A stretch of DNA of 64,000 nucleotides, taken from Methanobacteriota archaeon (GTDB lineage: Archaea > Thermoplasmatota > Poseidoniia > Poseidoniales > Thalassarchaeaceae). The position numbers and the translations under genes were made by a program. Every line of letters begins with the position of its first letter. Within the stretch, counting starts at the first letter, position 1. The notes below the pieces were generated by a model that was not told the origin of the DNA, did not search any database, and was given only the letters and a program-made list of their open reading frames with translations. The stretch is taken from positions 15,492-79,491 of the forward strand of contig JAPOKZ010000002.1 in assembly GCA_029977385.1 (NCBI GenBank). The letters run 5' to 3'. Positions 18,447 through 27,270 of this stretch are shown here, piece after piece.

Positions 18447-19661
18447 CTAGTTCCAATATGCCTCTCTTATGTCTTGATTCGACTCCATACAGAGCTCCAC
18501 GTCGAATGGTCTCTGAGACATCGAACTGCTCCCATTCAGGTGTTCGATAATGGGGATGACATTGCTTTCGTTAACTACTCCCCACCCTACTTGTGTGCAG
18601 GGAGCAACAGGCGAAATTGGCGTTGTACCCGATAGAGGATCCCAAGTGGAAAATGACGGATACCATGCTGATAGATTCAATGCATCCCTAATGTCATCGT
18701 TGGTAAGAGAAAAATTCGATCCGTTCACTAATAGCCCCATTCTTTCTTCAGGATCGGCGCCAGAGGAAAAATCTCCATATTCTGACCTGAGTGAGACCAA
18801 TACTTTGGAGAGTAATCCAGCTGTCCTTGGTGTAGCAAACGAGGTCCCCGAGGTCTGATGATAACCATCAATATCATCATGATTGGGAAGCATTTGAGTC
18901 CAGTCTGCAGCTATGTCAGGGTATGATCCACTCATCGTCTCTTTCTGATCATCATCCTCTTCAGCATAACCCGAAACACCAATACTCCATGGGGGTCCTG
19001 CTGTGGAGTCTTGAACTGCGGGAGAAGGGGAGTTGTCCGCAGCACCTGTATGGATTTTATTTTCCTGTACTACTGCCACTTTAGTAGCATCTTCGATACC
19101 CGGAACAGGTACTGAAAGTATAGGCCCGAAACTCGTGGTAATCAAATCCACCAGAGGTTGGTTAGCAGCTGCGAGTACAGCTGCATCACTGAAACCCTCT
19201 ACGAAGAAAATTACCGCATCAGGATTCGCATCAATAACTGCCCCGGTTACTGCAGTTCCGTGCCCATCACTCGGATCGTCAAGTATTGGAATATCGGTAT
19301 TATCATCGGGGGTGGTCCCAATTATTCTCGAGCCCTTGAACCACACTATGTCTCCGGAACCAATCACATCCCAGCAACTCTCCCTATCGGCTTCGTATCT
19401 CTCTTCCCAAGTTCCATTTTTGCTTATTTCACAAACCTTGTTCACTCCCAGTTGATCCAGAAGCCATTGGGGGTAAGACTCGTTCATCGAGAAGTGATTG
19501 TGATATACGTTTATTCCCGTATCTACGGGAGCAACTACGCTGAATGCTCCGAAGTTTTCCTCGATAACTAGGGGGGCCTCGTCACTCCCCTCCTCCCCAA
19601 TACAGCCTGCTAAACTCGCAGAAATGATGAGTATAGAAGTCAGAGCGGGCAGGACCTTCAC
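18447..19661 (-). CDS. secreted subtilisin-like serine protease (S8), lipobox-like signal peptide
   Basis: The catalytic triad contexts are VAPVDTGI (Asp), DGHGTAVTG (His) and SGTSFATPRTAG (Ser). The signal peptide ends in SLAGCIG. Confidence 0.8.
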   Translation of the reverse strand: MKVLPALTSILIISASLAGCIGEEGSDEAPLVIEENFGAFSVVAPVDTGINVYHNHFSMNESYPQWLLDQLGVNKVCEISKNGTWEERYEADRESCWDVIGSGDIVWFKGSRIIGTTPDDNTDIPILDDPSDGHGTAVTGAVIDANPDAVIFFVEGFSDAAVLAAANQPLVDLITTSFGPILSVPVPGIEDATKVAVVQENKIHTGAADNSPSPAVQDSTAGPPWSIGVSGYAEEDDDQKETMSGSYPDIAADWTQMLPNHDDIDGYHQTSGTSFATPRTAGLLSKVLVSLRSEYGDFSSGADPEERMGLLVNGSNFSLTNDDIRDALNLSAWYPSFSTWDPLSGTTPISPVAPCTQVGWGVVNESNVIPIIEHLNGSSSMSQRPFDVELCMESNQDIREAYWN

Positions 19662-19692
19662 GACTTCCGGAATTTAACCCCTAATTTGATAC

Positions 19693-20532
19693 TTAGGTAA
19701 GCATGGACTTCCTTTCCAGAGATAGAACCTCTGCACAAACTGCAATTGCAATCTCTTCTGGGGAATCTGCTCCTATGTCTAGACCAATCGGGCATCTCAC
19801 GGAGTCAATAAGCAACTTCTCTACCCCACTCTCAAATGCCTTCTTCTCAAAAGCCGACCATTTCTTCTTAGATCCGATAGCCCCAATCCTTGGCCTTCCG
19901 ACTTCATTGCAAGCTCCAAGTAGTCCTATGAGCAACTCTTCGTCAACAGACCAATCATGACTCAAAAGTAGAATATCAGAAAAACGGCTTAGAGACTCCT
20001 TGGTTTCCTTTCCAAGAAAATCCTCAACAGAGGAGCAGAAGTGCTCCTTAGCACCCGGATAACGACGCACGTTACAATACTCTTCCCTGACATCGAATAC
20101 GCTATACGGCCAATCGAGAGAATCGCACGTTCCTGCTATGGAGAGCCCCACATGTCCCCCTCCTGCGATCAGGATATTCGGCAGCGGCTCGATCACCTCC
20201 ATAGATACAGTCACCTGCCCTCCGCATAGGCTGTCAAGGGAAGAAACCTCTTTTCCTTTCCCATCTCTGTTCAGTAAGAATTTCTCAATCCTCCCTCCTC
20301 TTTTCCTGATGTATGAAATGTCATGATCAAGAATTTCTCCAAGTGCCTTTTCCACCCTAAGCTCCAATCCTGCTCCGCCCACAGTTCCGTATTTTGCTCC
20401 AGATGAACCAATTGCCAATCTTGCACCGGGTTTTCCCGGAACGCTACCTTTAGCCTGAATAACCGACGCAATAGCTACTCTTTCTCCAGACCTTGCCCTT
20501 TCGAGGGCCCAAGATAGCACCGCTATTGTCAC
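19693..20532 (-). CDS. XdhC/CoxI-family molybdenum-cofactor insertion accessory protein
   Basis: The N-terminus is GERVAIASVIQAKGSVPGKPGARLAI. A central Rossmann-like segment ILIAGGGHVG is typical of XdhC/CoxF/CoxI. Confidence 0.8.
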   Translation of the reverse strand: MTIAVLSWALERARSGERVAIASVIQAKGSVPGKPGARLAIGSSGAKYGTVGGAGLELRVEKALGEILDHDISYIRKRGGRIEKFLLNRDGKGKEVSSLDSLCGGQVTVSMEVIEPLPNILIAGGGHVGLSIAGTCDSLDWPYSVFDVREEYCNVRRYPGAKEHFCSSVEDFLGKETKESLSRFSDILLLSHDWSVDEELLIGLLGACNEVGRPRIGAIGSKKKWSAFEKKAFESGVEKLLIDSVRCPIGLDIGADSPEEIAIAVCAEVLSLERKSMLT

Positions 20533-20573
20533 GTCCTACCTGAGGGGGCACTCATCCTTTGGGGTTGCGATGC

Positions 20574-21422
20574 CTAACCTAGGGCTACATCAAGCATCAT
20601 CATCACAGTGAAACCAATCATTACTCCCATTGTGGCTATGTCTCCATTCTTCCCCCTGTGTGCCTCCGGCACTAACTCCTCTACCACCACGAAGATCATT
20701 GCACCCGCAGCGAATGCAAGTGCATACGGTAGAATAGGGGTCATGTAGACTATTGCAGCAGCACCTAGTACTGCAGATAGGGGCTCCACCATCGCAGATA
20801 GTTGACCCCACCAGAAACTCTCCTTTTTCGTCAATCCTTCTCTCCTTAGAGGTACAGATACAGCAGCTCCTTCAGGAAAGTTCTGAATCCCAATCCCAAT
20901 CGTCAAGGCAATAGCCGCACCTAGCCCCTCTCCCGAAGAAGCCGCTCCGAATGCTACTCCAACAGCCAATCCTTCTGGTACGTTGTGCAAGGTTATCGCA
21001 GAAATCAGGAGTTTGCTCCTGTGCCAACTTGTTTTCACCCCCTCTACCTCTTCTGGGGGGGCTCCAGGATGGAGGTGGGGAAGATATGCGTCAATCACTC
21101 TCATGCAAACTCCTCCAAAGATGAAACCTATCGCTGCTGGAAGGACTTTGGCAAGCCCCTCGCCATCCGTTTGATCTATTGCAGGGCCAAGAAGGCCGAA
21201 GCAACTCGCCGCAATCATGACTCCAGCAGCGAATCCTAGCATTCCATCTAGGGCCTTTCTGTCTATTTCTCGGAAGAAAAAAACTAGTCCCGCTCCTGCA
21301 GCAGTCATGAACCAAGTGAACAAGCCCGCCAACAGTGCCTGCTCGATCGGACCCAAACCGTCAAACACTTCTTCGACGTTCACAATACCTGCTCCAAAAT
21401 CGTGCATTTCAAGTTTCTTCAT
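20574..21422 (-). CDS. zupT: ZIP-family divalent metal transporter (ZupT-like)
   Basis: It is polytopic and carries HNVPEGLAVG and QNFPEGAAVS signature helices. Confidence 0.85.
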   Translation of the reverse strand: MKKLEMHDFGAGIVNVEEVFDGLGPIEQALLAGLFTWFMTAAGAGLVFFFREIDRKALDGMLGFAAGVMIAASCFGLLGPAIDQTDGEGLAKVLPAAIGFIFGGVCMRVIDAYLPHLHPGAPPEEVEGVKTSWHRSKLLISAITLHNVPEGLAVGVAFGAASSGEGLGAAIALTIGIGIQNFPEGAAVSVPLRREGLTKKESFWWGQLSAMVEPLSAVLGAAAIVYMTPILPYALAFAAGAMIFVVVEELVPEAHRGKNGDIATMGVMIGFTVMMMLDVALG

Positions 21423-21984
21423 TCACACATTGTAGTTTCTCAGACAATTCTCTAATGTCCTCCGGAGTATCTATGTTCATTTGCAGAAACCTGTCGGGAA
21501 CCTCGAATTTACGAGCCTCGATTACTTCTCTTAATGGCAAGTTTGGCGAACTCTTCCTAATTTTCTCGACATCTTCGGAAGCAAGTGCCAGGGGGTGTCC
21601 ACCCCTTCCATCCTTCATCGGACAGCAGGTCTCTTCAGAGCCAATTAGAAGATCCAGGGTAGAATCTGAGAATCCCGGGCGGTCCACGGGAACAACAAGC
21701 AGTCTGTAATCCTCTTTTCTGGAGGAATCAATACTGGCGATTCCGACTTTCAGAGACCCCGTCCTCCCATTGTCTGGATTCGGGTTTAAGACAACATTCG
21801 CTTCACTAACTATATTGGAAATCTCGCCAAAGTTTCCTTCATTTGCAACTATGGTGATATTTGTTACTCGACCCGACAATCTTTGAGAAAACCAACTTAT
21901 TAGAGTCTCAGAACCGACGTCGATTAATGCCTTATCTCTGCCAAGCCGTCTGCTTGAACCAGCCGCAAGAATAACGCATTCCAC
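21409..21984 (-). CDS. MobA/MocA-like molybdenum cofactor nucleotidyltransferase
   Basis: The N-terminus is VILAAGSSRRLGRDKALI. The 191-aa length is typical. The 3' end overlaps the ZIP gene by 14 nt. Confidence 0.75.
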   Translation of the reverse strand: MECVILAAGSSRRLGRDKALIDVGSETLISWFSQRLSGRVTNITIVANEGNFGEISNIVSEANVVLNPNPDNGRTGSLKVGIASIDSSRKEDYRLLVVPVDRPGFSDSTLDLLIGSEETCCPMKDGRGGHPLALASEDVEKIRKSSPNLPLREVIEARKFEVPDRFLQMNIDTPEDIRELSEKLQCVNEET

Positions 21985-22016
21985 ACTATCTCCCCGAAAT
22001 CAGAATAGCCCTCTCG

Positions 22017-22976
22017 CTAAAATAATCCTTCTAGAAAACCGCCCAGATATGCCATGTAGAATAGGTAAGTTGCAATCATCATTATTCCAATATTCTTCGT
22101 GAACTCCTTGTCTGATATGAGCATCCATACTACGAAACCCGATGTTGCCATCACTACTAGGATGTCTCTCTGGAACTCTGCATCAACAGGAATGCCACTT
22201 CCTATAAGACTTGCAATTCCAATTATTCCCATTATGTTCATGACATTCGAACCTAGCACATTTCCTACAGCTACTCCTCCTTGACCTCTAATCCCGGCTA
22301 CAAGCGTAACAGCAAGTTCTGGCAATGAAGTGCCAAGCGCTACCATCGTTAGGCCGATAACTGCCTCCGAGACTCCGAAAGTCTCAGCAATATTAGTTGA
22401 ACCAGTTACAAGAAGCTCTGCACCGTACCATATCATCACGCCTCCGAGCACACACGACGGGACCGCAACGGACATTTTGTTTGGTAGCCATGAGTCATCG
22501 AAATCATACGCATCGTCCCCCGCAATTGCAACTGAGTAGGTGTAGTAGTAGTAGCCGATCAGACATGTCAACATCACTACTCCTCCTAGAACGGGAACTT
22601 CTCCAGAATAGACGAATATTGCCATGAATAGGGTGGCCACCACTACGGCAAGAGCGTCTCTATTTACGCCAATTTCTGAATCAGATTTAGCCCCTAAGAA
22701 TGCTGCTGCTCCCAAGACCAACATCACGTTTGCGACATTAGAACCTAGGACTCCTCCAACAGCAATATTCGGCACGTCGTTCTCAATAGCCTCAATTGCA
22801 ACGGCCAATTCAGGTAGTGAGGTTCCAATGGCTACTACTGTGAATCCCACCACCAGTGGCGACACGCTAAGACTCTGAGATATCCTTGTAGCACCTTGAA
22901 CCAGGGCCTCCCCTCCAAACATTAGCAGAGCAAACCCGCCAAGGACGAAAGCGATATCAACCACAGTCTCATCCAT
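22017..22976 (-). CDS. Ca2+/Na+ antiporter (CaCA family, YrbG-like)
   Basis: It has two alpha-repeat motifs, GTSLPELAVAIEA and GTSLPELAVTLVA, and about 10 TM helices. Confidence 0.85.
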   Translation of the reverse strand: MDETVVDIAFVLGGFALLMFGGEALVQGATRISQSLSVSPLVVGFTVVAIGTSLPELAVAIEAIENDVPNIAVGGVLGSNVANVMLVLGAAAFLGAKSDSEIGVNRDALAVVVATLFMAIFVYSGEVPVLGGVVMLTCLIGYYYYTYSVAIAGDDAYDFDDSWLPNKMSVAVPSCVLGGVMIWYGAELLVTGSTNIAETFGVSEAVIGLTMVALGTSLPELAVTLVAGIRGQGGVAVGNVLGSNVMNIMGIIGIASLIGSGIPVDAEFQRDILVVMATSGFVVWMLISDKEFTKNIGIMMIATYLFYMAYLGGFLEGLF

Positions 22977-23030
22977 ATTCTACTCCCGCGACTCTTCACA
23001 ATTTACTCTTTTCCAGGCATTTTGCCGATT

Positions 23031-25895
23031 TCATTTTGCACATGCTCTCTCGATATGCCTGGTAACAACTTCGACACTGGGTATCGTGTGGTCCTCAAGT
23101 GTGGGTGAGAAAGGAACTGGCGTATCCAATGCTCCAATTACTACTGGCGGAGTTTCCATCCTCCAGAACGACTCCTCGATAATTCTACTAGAAACTGTAT
23201 GCCCGAAACCACCAGTCCACTGAGATTCTTGAAGAACGATTAGTCTACCAGTCCTAAGTACGGATTTGATGCATGTTTCCGAGTCAAAGGGGACCAGAGT
23301 TCTAAGGTCAACTATTTCCACTTCAATCCCCATCTTCGATACCTTCTCTGCTGCATCCAGTGCAACGTGTACCATGGCGCCCCAGGTGACAATAGTGAGG
23401 TCCCTTCCTCCTCTGATTACGCCTGCTTTTCCAATCGAACTATCCCCATCTCTCAGTCTATTCGCCACGTCCTCTGTATTCACAATTTGATTGATTGACT
23501 TCCCCCATCCGGTTATCCCGCCCCTCAGACCATACAGGCCAATGTGCTCTAGATAGACCACAGGATCGGGTAGATGGTGCGACTCAATTAGCAAGTCATA
23601 AGCATCCTGTGGATTACTAGGGGTCACAATGATTAATCCTGGATCGTTAGTTAGCCATGATTCAATCATGTTAGCATGAAATGGTCCACTCCTAGTCTTC
23701 GCACCCAGAGGAATTCTCACTGTCAAGGGTACCTCTGCTCCCCATCTCCATCTTAATTGAGCCGCATTATTGACTAGAGGGTTCATTGCCAGAGCTGCAA
23801 ATCCTCCGAACTGGATTTCAGCTAGTGGCCTCATCCCTCCCAAAGCCGCTCCTGTAGCCGAGTGGATAATTATCGCTTCAGATAACGGCATATCAAGCAG
23901 TTTTGATTGATGCCCCCTAGCCTTGAGACCTAGATTCATTCCGAATGCACCGGCTACTTCCATGTCCTCCCCCATAAACAACATCTGATCGCCGAATTCA
24001 TCTGCTAGTGCTGCCATTGCATTCTGAATTGCCCTGCTGTAAGTCCAAGAATTGGGGGCATCGGAGAACTCAATTGATAGCTCCCCGGGCTTAATAATAG
24101 GCTCAAAACTAGCCCTTGATCCATCAATCCTCAGAAGTTGATTCTCATGACTAGTCGCGTCTGAGATGGAGGTAATCCCCTTGACAACCGAATTTCCCTC
24201 CGGCCACTGCATTTTTTCTAGTTCGCTCCTAGCCATCTCCACCCCCTGCTCTTCTTTCTCCTGTATTCGATTGAGCCTTTGTTCCCCAACTCCGAGTTTT
24301 ATCAGCAATTCCCTATGATTGGGAAGAGGATCTTTCTCTGACCAATATCTCAGTAATTCCCGATCAACATAGCCCGGAGGGTTTCCGCTTGCTGCTCCGA
24401 GGTATAGGTCATCATGATGGTGAGCGTGCCCACAACCCCTCATTGTTTCAACGTGAATCAACGTAGCTCCGCATCCGTCTTTAGCGAACTCTTTAGCAAC
24501 TGCAGTAGATGAATAGAATAGGGCTGGATCGGATCCATCGATAGTCCATGCAGGAATTCCCATTGCATGCCCCTTGTCGCCAAATGTCTCAGCACCTGAT
24601 TGAGCAGAATTGAGAGTATCTAGTGCAATCTGATTATTCTGAATCATGAAGCATATTGGCAAACCACGAACTCCAGCGAAATTCATGGCCTCCCAGAACT
24701 CACCGCTACTACTACAACCCTCTCCTACGGGGGCTAAGTGGAATCTACTAATCCCTAGTCGACTCGCAGCTAGGGCTACACCGGTAGTAGTTGCACTTGC
24801 AATTGGCAATGGCGCAGTAGGCGGAAGGACCCCCTTCTCCCAGTTCCCGATATGCAGGTCTCTGCCACCGCTTCCTTGAATGCCTCCGTCCATGTATGAT
24901 TCTGCCTTGCCCATTTGGGCAGAGAACACCTCGATCGGGGTCTGCCCCATTGCAAGTGCTAGGCCCATATCTCTGATCATTGGAGCTACAATGTCTGCAT
25001 TATGACGTGTTTCTTCGGTTAAGTCAACTGCTCTTGTCATGGCCGTAGCGCAAGCGACCACTCCTTCCTGCCAGGTGGATCTGAAACCTTTTCCACCAAA
25101 AATACCTCCATCCGGAGTGGGTAGCCCATTAGCAAAGAGATCCTTCAATTCCTCATCCACCAATCTCGTCCGAATCATTCTTCTTTGCCATTCTATTCTA
25201 TTTTCGACAGTAATAGAAGAATAGTGAGCAATTCTTCTCATGCATAGCGTCAGATCGATTAGCAATCTGTCCAATCTTCTCTTCAGGAAGACCTCACCCT
25301 GTCTCATCGGTATTATTTCTGATTTCGTAAGGTCCGATAGAGTGGGATGCAACATCCTTTCTAAGTATCTTTGTTCGATTTTCTCGATTAATCGTATGGA
25401 GAATTCGTGAAACTCTTCACCAGTCATTTTTTCTTTACATTTTATTGAATCCCAACATTCTGAAACAGAATTTAGATGCCCATCCTGCCTCTCTGCTACA
25501 AACTCTAGTAAACTCTCCTTGGCTCTTTTTGAATCTAGTTTTGAGGGAAAAGTCAATGGATTTTCAGGAATCCACCCTGCACCCCATATTTTTGGCATAG
25601 TTGTTCGAAACTTTTCATTTCCAGACTCGTCAACAGATATTGTGGAATCTCTGATAGTGCCTTGATTCCTTCTTTCAATCTCTTCTTCAAGTGCCACCAC
25701 GTCCTTTGAGTCCCTTTCCCAAATTTCGACATTCCTGAGTCTACCCTTTCCCGAGGAAGATCTATGCAGGGTAGTCCGTACTCTTTTGCCGCACCCCACA
25801 CATCTTCTGTCTAATTTATTTGACTTATCCGATCTAGTCTTCCAGCTTTGGTGGAGGTGGCATTCGGGACACTTCCAGATGCCTACTCTCGCCAT
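23031..25895 (-). CDS. fused E1 alpha-beta component of a TPP-dependent 2-oxoacid (or acetoin) dehydrogenase with an N-terminal zinc-ribbon extension
   Basis: The alpha part has a TPP motif (GEGCSSSGEFWEAMNFAGVRGLPICFMIQNNQIA). The beta part has MGEDMEVAGAFGMNLGL and LLDMPLSEAIIIHSATGAALGG. The N-terminal zinc ribbon is CPEC-x19-CVGC. The ORF is open to a GTG at 25910, and the first ATG is at 25895. Confidence 0.85.
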   Translation of the reverse strand: MARVGIWKCPECHLHQSWKTRSDKSNKLDRRCVGCGKRVRTTLHRSSSGKGRLRNVEIWERDSKDVVALEEEIERRNQGTIRDSTISVDESGNEKFRTTMPKIWGAGWIPENPLTFPSKLDSKRAKESLLEFVAERQDGHLNSVSECWDSIKCKEKMTGEEFHEFSIRLIEKIEQRYLERMLHPTLSDLTKSEIIPMRQGEVFLKRRLDRLLIDLTLCMRRIAHYSSITVENRIEWQRRMIRTRLVDEELKDLFANGLPTPDGGIFGGKGFRSTWQEGVVACATAMTRAVDLTEETRHNADIVAPMIRDMGLALAMGQTPIEVFSAQMGKAESYMDGGIQGSGGRDLHIGNWEKGVLPPTAPLPIASATTTGVALAASRLGISRFHLAPVGEGCSSSGEFWEAMNFAGVRGLPICFMIQNNQIALDTLNSAQSGAETFGDKGHAMGIPAWTIDGSDPALFYSSTAVAKEFAKDGCGATLIHVETMRGCGHAHHHDDLYLGAASGNPPGYVDRELLRYWSEKDPLPNHRELLIKLGVGEQRLNRIQEKEEQGVEMARSELEKMQWPEGNSVVKGITSISDATSHENQLLRIDGSRASFEPIIKPGELSIEFSDAPNSWTYSRAIQNAMAALADEFGDQMLFMGEDMEVAGAFGMNLGLKARGHQSKLLDMPLSEAIIIHSATGAALGGMRPLAEIQFGGFAALAMNPLVNNAAQLRWRWGAEVPLTVRIPLGAKTRSGPFHANMIESWLTNDPGLIIVTPSNPQDAYDLLIESHHLPDPVVYLEHIGLYGLRGGITGWGKSINQIVNTEDVANRLRDGDSSIGKAGVIRGGRDLTIVTWGAMVHVALDAAEKVSKMGIEVEIVDLRTLVPFDSETCIKSVLRTGRLIVLQESQWTGGFGHTVSSRIIEESFWRMETPPVVIGALDTPVPFSPTLEDHTIPSVEVVTRHIERACAK

Positions 25896-25910
25896 ATTGT
25901 TCCGAATCAC

Positions 25911-26125
25911 GAATGAGCCTAGTACAACAATATTCGCCTACATTTAACTTATTTAACCACAATAAACAAAATATGTGGTATAAAATTGAAAATATTAAAA
26001 TTTTAACCACAATAAAAAGTAATACTGTAAAAATATATACCACTTTTAATTAATTATAATATAATTGACTCAAAATATTGATAATTACCATAATTAAAAG
26101 TGATACTATTACGAATTATACCACA
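25911..26125. other. 215-bp extremely AT-rich spacer carrying the upstream region of the E1 gene
   Basis: By hand count it is about 20% G+C over 25921-26125, against roughly half in the flanking genes. It contains direct and inverted short repeats (see the repeat feature). Confidence 0.8.
25952..26016. repeat. perfect 15-bp direct repeat TTTAACCACAATAAA (25952-25966 and 26002-26016), spaced exactly 50 bp apart
   Basis: Read directly from the sequence. The related ACCAC cores TATACCAC occur at 26036-26043 and 26117-26124, and the inverted GTGGTATA at 25975-25982. Confidence 0.85.
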
Positions 26126-27235
26126 TTAATATTTAATTACCGTAGAATCTACCTCGTCCGACCAGGAATTTATTCCCCCGACTAGGTTGTAGATCATGCC
26201 ATTACATAATCCCGAATCTGCAATGAATCTGGCTACTGCATCGGACCTTTGCCCACTACGACAATAAACAACAATGTCACCTTTTGAGGGTAATTCATCC
26301 AATCTAGATGGTATTTCTAGATGCATTATTCTCAAATCGGTACCTCCAATTGATGAAATCTGTTCTTCATGCGATCGTCTGACATCAAGAAGGAAAGGAG
26401 TCCAACCCTCATTCCTTCTTTTTGAGAAATCCTTTGCCCCAATCTCCGAAAACCCCATCTCTTTGCTGTCTGCAAGAGAAGTCACTCTTTCTCGTTCAGA
26501 GTTGAATGAAAAGCCCAGCCTCCTGAAATCCATAGTCAAAGCATCAATTACAAGCAATTCTCCAGACAGGCAGTTTCCAATATCCAGAATGATCTTGATA
26601 GCCTCAGTAGCTTGTATGGTGCCGACAATTCCGGGAAGAATTCCAAGAACTCCTGCCTCTGAGCAATTTGGTGCTAATTCTGGGGGTGGGGGTGATGGAA
26701 ACAAATCCCTGTAGTTGGGACCGCCCTTGAAATTGAATGTTGATACTTGACCCTCAAATCTGTGTATACTTCCAAAAATCCACGTTTTATCTTGAATCTC
26801 ACAAGTGTCACCAATCAGATATCGAGACTCAAAGTTGTCCGTACCGTCAATTACCACGTCAAATCTGGAAATTATTTCCATTGAATTCTCATTTGTCAGT
26901 TTTTCCTCAATTTCTTCAATAACTATATCCGGATTTAATTTAGAAATCCAACTGGATGCAGACTTAACCTTTGGAATTCCAATAGAGGATGAGCTATGAA
27001 TAATCTGTCTCTGTAAATTCGATGAACTTACTTTGTCATTGTCTACAATTCCTATTTTTCCGACACCGGCAGCAGCCAAATACATCAGTGCAGGAGAACC
27101 GAGGCCCCCTGCTCCAACAACAAGAACTGATGATTTCAGTAATTTCTCTTGACCTGCAGAACCAACTCCTGGGAGGACTAGGTGCCGTGCATATCTATCT
27201 CTCTGCTCCTGGCTAAGGTAGCTTGACATTGTCAT
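26126..27235 (-). CDS. MoeB/ThiF-type adenylyltransferase fused to a C-terminal rhodanese domain (MoeZ/Uba4-like)
   Basis: Motifs include RYARHLVLPGVGSAGQEKL, a nucleotide loop VGAGGLGSP, and a rhodanese active-site loop VVYCRSGQRS. The ORF is open to 27292, but that start would overlap trxB by 22 nt, so I prefer the ATG at 27235 (MTMSSYL). Confidence 0.85.
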   Translation of the reverse strand: MTMSSYLSQEQRDRYARHLVLPGVGSAGQEKLLKSSVLVVGAGGLGSPALMYLAAAGVGKIGIVDNDKVSSSNLQRQIIHSSSSIGIPKVKSASSWISKLNPDIVIEEIEEKLTNENSMEIISRFDVVIDGTDNFESRYLIGDTCEIQDKTWIFGSIHRFEGQVSTFNFKGGPNYRDLFPSPPPPELAPNCSEAGVLGILPGIVGTIQATEAIKIILDIGNCLSGELLVIDALTMDFRRLGFSFNSERERVTSLADSKEMGFSEIGAKDFSKRRNEGWTPFLLDVRRSHEEQISSIGGTDLRIMHLEIPSRLDELPSKGDIVVYCRSGQRSDAVARFIADSGLCNGMIYNLVGGINSWSDEVDSTVIKY

Positions 27236-27270
27236 CGTGAAAGGGGGTCCAATCAAGGTACCTTCGGTCC

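Noticed and set aside
25952-26016. Possible CRISPR or other array, suggested by the 15-bp direct repeats
   Set aside because: There are only two copies. The repeat is far shorter than CRISPR repeats, the spacer is AT-rich filler and no cas genes are present. I kept it as a regulatory or structural repeat instead.
25834-26043. 69-aa ORF spanning the E1 start and the AT-rich spacer
   Set aside because: The Ile/Leu/Phe/Lys-rich translation is simply what AT-rich DNA encodes. The ORF also overlaps the real E1 start.
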